Shown here: piece after piece, positions 57,773 through 64,000 of the stretch
Position numbering within the stretch: position 1 is the first letter of the stretch
Layout of the letters: each line of letters opens with the position of its first letter
NCBI GenBank assembly: GCA_964035575.1
Contig: OZ037835.1
Location: 992,001-1,056,000 of the forward strand
Source: Rhynchopus sp. YZ270_cl-10
Lineage: Eukaryota
Direction: 5' to 3'
Length of the DNA: 64,000 nt
The notes under the pieces: generated by a model
The model's input: the letters and a program-made list of their open reading frames with translations, nothing else
What the model was told of the DNA's origin: nothing
The model's database searches: none
Program-made: the position numbers and the translations under genes

Positions 57773-58455
57773 TTTTATTTTTCCTTGCTTCAAAACTTCA
57801 CACACAACGCTTTTGGTTTTTGGGAGACACACAAGGTGCCAGGTTCTATGATAAGCACGGAACCACCCTGCACCTGTTTGTCATATTGTTTCCCGTGCAA
57901 TACATGGAGAAACGTTTCGCTGTCGAAACTAGGAGAAGAAAGTGAAGTTATTAATGCAGGCACCTCCGACTGACCCACGTACGATGCCAGCCATCCGGAT
58001 GAAAGCACAACTACCCTGCGGCCAACAACAGAAGATGTAAAAAGGAAACCTAATGACTGGCCCGTACCGTAAGAGAACGAGGGCGGTTCACAACCGCTCG
58101 ACAGCCGGCGGCCCACCTTCCGTTGAAGAGTTGTGAGCTTACAGGTACTGCAGTTCGCTGCACCCAACGCTTGATGCACGATAGTCTACACAAGAGAGCA
58201 GAAACCCAAAAACACAAAAAGGGGTGGGCGGGGGGGTCACAACATCTCTCTCTTGGCGCCCCATGCTCTACCGACAATTTGGCCTCACCCTTTCTCTTAC
58301 CGATATACATGGACGTCCTTACAGGCAGCACACCAAGAAGAAAAAAGGAGAGGAATATTTTTCTTCTGATTCAAAGTGGTTCTTACGTTTTGGGTACGGG
58401 GCGAGAAGAATATCTGTTCCATAAAAGAAACGCGGGCTTATTGCTTTATCTTGTT
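57773..58455 (-). mobile_element. ~680-bp non-coding insertion
   Basis: Interrupts the conserved ...GATGAATTACA|GAAAAAAAGAGGG motif; shares motifs with 49787-49838 and 22361-22401. Confidence 0.55.
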
Positions 58456-58723
58456 CAGAAAAAAAGAGGGTTGGGTGGGGAGGTACGTTGTTATGAATAA
58501 GACATGGGTTTTTGTGGGGATTCTTTTGCAGCACAGCGGAACATAACACAATGTGTGGAACGTCTTGCTCAGCACAGCTCTCCTCTCGCACCAAGTAGTA
58601 GTCTGTGCCACGGTGAGCAAGACTGTGCCCCTCTTCTTCTCCGAACCAGAGCACGAAGCAGACATACTGCCAGAGACCCTCCACCTCGGGGAGGTGCTGC
58701 CCTCCCACCAACACACCACGTCG

Positions 58724-59860
58724 TCATTGTGCGTGTCTCCGTCGCTTCTGGCTCTGCTCGGGGGATTCGTCTCTGCTTCGTTTTGGACGTGCTTCAACCA
58801 CAATCTTCCTCAGGTCCTCGTGCTTCCTCACTTCGTTGGACACAACACTGCTGCAGCCGGAAAGGTAAATGCTCGTCAACGAAGTGCAGTTCACAACAAA
58901 ATTTGTACCTAACACACCGTTACTAATGTGCGTCAGGTTGCTGAGTGGTGCCAAATCGAGGGTTGTTAAGCTGCTGCATTTAGCAAGGAAGTACGGACCA
59001 ACCAGCCTCACGTTGCTGAGTGGTGATAAATACAGGGTCGTTAAGCTGTTGCATCCGAAAAGAAAGTAGCTCATAATCGACGTCACGTTGCTGAGTGGAG
59101 ATAAATCTAAGGTTTTTAAGCTGCTGCATTCCTGAAGGAAGCACGCACCCACCTGCGTCACATTGCTGAGTGCAGATATATCCAGGGTCGTTAAGCTGTT
59201 GCATGCGGAAAGAAAGTAGCTCATAATCGACGTCACGTTGCTGAGTGCAGATAAATCGAGGGTCGTTAAGCCGCTGCAGTGCTGAAGGAAGCCCCCACCA
59301 ACCTGCGTCACGTTGCTGAGTGCAGATATATCCAGGGTTGTTAAGTTGATGCAGTTGAAAAAGAGGTTCGCACCAACCTGAGTAACATGGATCAACCCAG
59401 AAAGGTCGACACTTGTCAACGAGGTGCACTCTGCCAGGAAGCTGTCTCCAATGTGTGTCACAATGGACTCAACACTGAGATCAAGTCTCGTCAACGAAGT
59501 GCGTGCCAAGAACCTATTCGGAATTACAGTCGCAACCTCCGCCTGCAGAAGCAAACACGCCACCTCAGGATCCCTCACACTCTCCAGCCTCTCGGCGGTC
59601 AGGTCTGTCTCACCCAACGCATGAAGCTCTGCAATGGCTTCGTACTTCTGCGTCTTCGTGAGGATGATTGTGTCACCAGCACTCAGCTGCGTCATGTCCG
59701 CTCCTTCTCCCAGCGCTTCGTCTCCGAAACTCATGCAAAAGCCGTCTTCAAGCAACCCCATTGCAGACGCCACCTTCCGCCGCAAGCCCTCCACTGTGTC
59801 ATCTGCACCCACCTCGACTGTGTGCTGATTCGTGTCGAAACCCTTGATGTTCAGGTCCAT
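58724..59860 (-). CDS. Ubl-LRR protein, copy 9 (378 aa)
   Basis: Intact paralog from MDLNIKG. Confidence 0.9.
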   Translation of the reverse strand: MDLNIKGFDTNQHTVEVGADDTVEGLRRKVASAMGLLEDGFCMSFGDEALGEGADMTQLSAGDTIILTKTQKYEAIAELHALGETDLTAERLESVRDPEVACLLLQAEVATVIPNRFLARTSLTRLDLSVESIVTHIGDSFLAECTSLTSVDLSGLIHVTQVGANLFFNCINLTTLDISALSNVTQVGGGFLQHCSGLTTLDLSALSNVTSIMSYFLSACNSLTTLDISALSNVTQVGACFLQECSSLKTLDLSPLSNVTSIMSYFLFGCNSLTTLYLSPLSNVRLVGPYFLAKCSSLTTLDLAPLSNLTHISNGVLGTNFVVNCTSLTSIYLSGCSSVVSNEVRKHEDLRKIVVEARPKRSRDESPEQSQKRRRHAQ

Positions 59861-60357
59861 GTCTTTGTTGTGGTTTGTGTTCTGATCTCTGTGTTGTGGT
59901 GGGGTGTTGGTGGTGATCAGAGTGCGAAAACAATAAAGTAAGTGCATAATTATCGGGGATCATTGGAGCCAAGATACCGGGAGAAAAAAACAAAAAAAAA
60001 TTGAAAAAAGGTGTCGTTGCTAAAAAGCAAACAACGGACGCGCAAAAAACGAGTGTTTCTCTGCGCGTGATATTTTGTGGGGAAGAATAAAACATTATGA
60101 AAAAAGCTCGCTGCGTTCCCACTCCATTCGGTTTTCTCTTACTTTAAAAAAGAATGCACCACCAAAAATCTCCAAAAATCCCGGGCCAAGGGCCAAAAAT
60201 TAGCGCAAAGCCTGCTAGACAGCACGCACATTTTCTTTCTTCACAGGATCCTTAAAAGAGAGCAAATAGAAGGAGTACGCTTTGCAGGAGGTGTCAGAAT
60301 CCTTTTTTTAAGGATCATTATGTTTTTAGGATAATGGATAGATTGGGGGAAATATTT

Positions 60358-61740
60358 TTAGTTTTTAACCCTCGCGACCTCCTCTGCACCTGCGTCAATC
60401 AGCACCTGCACCACGTCTATGTCCCCCCTACGCACCGCATACTGCAACGCAGTGTGGTTATTTGTAGCATTTTGGTGATTCACATCCACCTCTGGCAAGC
60501 CCACAAGATAGCGCACAGTCTCGGTGCATCCATAATATGCCGCAAGCATAAGATACGTGCGTCCTTCGTCGTCTGTGGCACGCACATCCGCACCTGCTTC
60601 AATCAACATCTTCACAACGCCAGGTGCTTCTAAAGCGCAAGCATCGTGCAGAGGCGAACATCCATCGTTGTTCTGTGTGTCGATGTCTGCACCTGCATCA
60701 ATCAGCACCTGCACCATGTCTGTTTCCCCCTCATCCAGCGCATGATGCAACGCAGTGTAGCTATTTCTAAGATTTAGGTAATTTACTTCCACCTCTGGCA
60801 AGCACAAAAGATAGCGCACAGTCTCGGTGTGTCCAGAACACGCCGCAAGCATAAGACACGTGCGCCCTTGGTCGTCTACGGCACGCACTCCCGTACCTGC
60901 TCTGACCAACATCTTCACAATGTCAAGTGCTCCTGAATCGCAAGCAGCGTGCAAAAGAGACTCGTCCTCGTTGTTCTGTATGTCGATGTCTGCACCTGCA
61001 TCAATCAGCACCTGCACCACGTCTGTTGCCTTCTTCTGTACCGCTACGTGCAACGCAGTCTCGTTATCTTCAATGTCTTGCTGATTCAGTTCCACCTCTG
61101 GCAAGCTCACAAGATAGCGCACAGTCTCGGTGTGTCCAGAACACGCCGCAAGCATAAGACACGTGCGCCCTTCGTCGTCTGTGGCGCGCACTCTCGCACC
61201 TGCTTCAACCAACATCTTCACAACCTCAAGTGCTCCTGAATCGCAAGCATAGTGCAGAGGCGAACGTCCCGCGTTGTTATTTGTGTCGATGTCTGCGCCT
61301 GCATCAATCAAGACACGACACACTGCAGGGTCTGACCACATGGCCGGACAGTCATCCTCCTCACCTGCGCTGTGCTTGGACCCATGCCGGACAAACGCCA
61401 CGTTGTTGCAGACGCACTTCCAATGCTGCAAGAGGACCTCCGTGCACGCAACGTGGTCTGCGTGGACACACTCACTCAGCAGGATCCCAAAGCCCATCTG
61501 CGTTGTCTCAACATACGGAAGAAGCAGTGTGAGGCATTCATCGTGGTTCCCTCTGCATGCCTCGTGCGCAGCATCGAGGGCCACTTTTTTCCTTACTAGG
61601 TTCAACTTCTCAAGGACCGCCCGCACGGCAGTCGTGTCGCCGTTCCTGGCAGCCTCCACCAAGACTTCGTCTGCAGAAAGCTTTCTTCTCTTTCGTGGCT
61701 TCTTGTCCTGCATGCTGTCTGCGTGTCGCTTCTTCGGCAT
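60358..61740 (-). CDS. Ankyrin-repeat protein, copy 4 (460 aa)
   Basis: Intact paralog from MPKKRHADS. Confidence 0.9.
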   Translation of the reverse strand: MPKKRHADSMQDKKPRKRRKLSADEVLVEAARNGDTTAVRAVLEKLNLVRKKVALDAAHEACRGNHDECLTLLLPYVETTQMGFGILLSECVHADHVACTEVLLQHWKCVCNNVAFVRHGSKHSAGEEDDCPAMWSDPAVCRVLIDAGADIDTNNNAGRSPLHYACDSGALEVVKMLVEAGARVRATDDEGRTCLMLAACSGHTETVRYLVSLPEVELNQQDIEDNETALHVAVQKKATDVVQVLIDAGADIDIQNNEDESLLHAACDSGALDIVKMLVRAGTGVRAVDDQGRTCLMLAACSGHTETVRYLLCLPEVEVNYLNLRNSYTALHHALDEGETDMVQVLIDAGADIDTQNNDGCSPLHDACALEAPGVVKMLIEAGADVRATDDEGRTYLMLAAYYGCTETVRYLVGLPEVDVNHQNATNNHTALQYAVRRGDIDVVQVLIDAGAEEVARVKN

Positions 61741-62576
61741 TGTGTGTTTGTGTATTGGTGCTGTTGAGGAGGGGTGGGTGGGAAGGAAGCTATACAAACA
61801 CTGAAATACCCCACGCCTTGTGTCTTTATTCGTCGTTTGCTGTTTTGTTGATCGCATCTGATACACAACTTCCCATTCAGCAGTGAAGACCGCCTCAGCG
61901 TGCCTTTCCTACAAGCATGCCCTCTGCTTGGTGTGTGGCAGTGGCGATTGCGCGAAAGAGCAAAAAACCTCTTGCGACTGAGTCTGCTTCATACAACCTT
62001 GCATCCATTGACTCTGTGGTACCTCTCCTTCTTGCACCTTCCCACTCATAAACACAGCAAGCCACGTGATCGCTCTCCATTAGCTCTCCGTAAACCACCA
62101 GGAGAAACGTGTCCCTGTTCGCGAGCAACAACCCCAGCTGCGGCGTGTTGGTTTTGAACTCACAGTGCAAAACCAGCCCGTCAGCGACCACACACCACCT
62201 TCTGCTCCTCCTCACAATCCCGGCACACTCTTCGGGTGACTTGTGTGGATAAAATTCCTACCGGTACAGGACCACCTGAACTATGGTGTACTAAAATTGA
62301 AAAACCTAAAAATAGGAGAAGTTTACTAAACCTGTCTTAAACAACCTGTACTAAACCGTGACAATACTGCAGGCTTCTGCAAAGAAAATATGGATCTTAA
62401 GCGTAGCTAGGTACACTGCTTCTTTCCGATAAAAGAGGTACAAACGCAGTGAACGAAAGCACGTCGTCCACATGAAGAAAGAAGAATCCTTTGTAAGATG
62501 AAAGCCTCTCGTCCTGTGCCACCTTGCAACTGAAACACCCCACCACCTCCGACGCAGCTAACACACAGCTGGGAGG

Positions 62577-63965
62577 TCACATTCGCGAGGCACGAGAGTT
62601 TGCAGCCTCAAGCTCCAAGTACAATACATCAATCAGCAACTGCACCACGTCTGTGTGCTTCTTAACAGCCGCTAAGTGCAACGCAGTGCGGTTTTCAGTG
62701 TCTCGGTGATGCACATCCACCTCTGGCAAGCCCACAAGATAGTGCACAGTCTCGGTGTGCCCAAAATATGCCGCAGAGATAAGACACGTGCGGCCTTCGT
62801 CGTCTGTGGCACGCACTCCCGCACCTGCTCTGACCAACATCTTCACAACGTCAAGTTCTCCTAAAGCGCTAGCATAGTGCAGAATCGAACGACCGTCGTT
62901 GATTTTTGTTTCGATGTCTGCACCTGCATCAATCAGCACCTGCACCATGTCTGTTTCCTCCTCATCCAGCGCATACTCCACCGCATACTGCAACGCAGTG
63001 CGGCTGTCAGTGTCTCGGTGGTTCACATCCACCTCTGGCACGCCCACAAGATAGCGCACAGTCTCCGTGTGTCCAAAACATGCAGCAAGGATAAGACATG
63101 TGTCCCCTTGGTCGTCTGTGGCACGCACTCCCGCACCTGCTCTGACCAACATCTTCACAACGTCAAGTGCTCCTGAAGCGCAAGCAGTGTGCAAAAGCGA
63201 ACATCCGTGGTTGTCCTTTGCATCGATGTCTGCACCTGCATCAATCAGCACCTGCACCACGTCTGTTGCCTCCTTGTCCACTGCTAAGCGCAACGCAGTG
63301 CAGTTGTTACTGTGATGATTCACATCGACACCTGGCAAGCTCACAAGATAGCGCACAGTCTCGGTGTGTCCACGTTGTGCCGCAACGTACAGACACGTGC
63401 GCCCTTCATCGTCTGTGGCACGCACTCCCGCACCTGCTTCAACCAACATCTTCACAACCTCAAGTGCTCCTGAAGCGCAAGCATTGTGCAGAGGCGACCA
63501 TCCGATCTCGTCTTTCGTATGTAAGTCTGCCCCTGCATCAATCAAGACACGACACACTGCAGGGTCTGACCACATGGCCGGACAGGCACCTGCGCTGTAC
63601 TTGGAATCATGCGGGACAAACGCTACCTTGTTGCAGACGAACTTCCAATGCTGCAAGAGGACCTCCGTGCACGCAACGTGGTCTGCGTGGACACACTCAC
63701 TCAGCAGCATCCCAAAGCCCATCTGCGTTGTCTCAACATACGGAAGAAGCAGTGTGAGGCATTCATCGTGGTTCCCTCTGCATGCCTCGTGCGCAGCATC
63801 GAAGGCCACTTTCTTTCTGTGTGGGTTCAACTTCTCAAGGACCGCACGCACGGCAGTCGTGTCGCCGTTCCTGGCAGCCTCCATCAAGACCTCGTCTGCA
63901 GAAAGCTGTCTTCTCTTTCGTGGGTTCTTGTCCTGCGTGCTGTCTGCATGTCGCTTCTTCGGCAT
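62577..63965 (-). CDS. Ankyrin-repeat protein, copy 5 (462 aa)
   Basis: Intact paralog. Confidence 0.9.
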   Translation of the reverse strand: MPKKRHADSTQDKNPRKRRQLSADEVLMEAARNGDTTAVRAVLEKLNPHRKKVAFDAAHEACRGNHDECLTLLLPYVETTQMGFGMLLSECVHADHVACTEVLLQHWKFVCNKVAFVPHDSKYSAGACPAMWSDPAVCRVLIDAGADLHTKDEIGWSPLHNACASGALEVVKMLVEAGAGVRATDDEGRTCLYVAAQRGHTETVRYLVSLPGVDVNHHSNNCTALRLAVDKEATDVVQVLIDAGADIDAKDNHGCSLLHTACASGALDVVKMLVRAGAGVRATDDQGDTCLILAACFGHTETVRYLVGVPEVDVNHRDTDSRTALQYAVEYALDEEETDMVQVLIDAGADIETKINDGRSILHYASALGELDVVKMLVRAGAGVRATDDEGRTCLISAAYFGHTETVHYLVGLPEVDVHHRDTENRTALHLAAVKKHTDVVQLLIDVLYLELEAANSRASRM

Positions 63966-64000
63966 TGTGTGTTTGTGTGTTGTTGCTGTGTCTTTTGTGT

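Overview
Repeat-rich eukaryotic DNA, most likely euglenozoan (probably diplonemid). This is inferred from the kinetoplastid/diplonemid-type HSP70 N-terminus, the intronless genes nearly all on the minus strand, and CA-rich upstream tracts. The window is a mosaic of tandem or segmentally duplicated hypervariable gene families: nine ubiquitin-like (Ubl)-LRR copies, five ankyrin-repeat genes plus a fragment, a Ubl-WD40 gene, Ank/NACHT/WD40 NLR-like relics, a frameshifted PI-PLC-X gene and an HSP70 lacking EEVD, interspersed with MITEs. The main finding is a set of apparently sequence-specific non-LTR retroelements in the Ubl-LRR coding sequence. Five insertions with 18-20 bp target-site duplications (TSDs) occupy three sites, two of them used twice, all co-oriented with the host gene. 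One is a full-length 7.36-kb element (Ub-LRGG, OTU, APE, RT, Zn finger, inactive-looking RNase H). It begins exactly at the predicted cleavage site of an HDV-like ribozyme, is in frame with the host AUG, and has no Met before its own ubiquitin domain. A 602-bp non-coding element shares its last 59 nt and uses the same site. Ribozyme folds were derived by eye; activity and novelty are untested.
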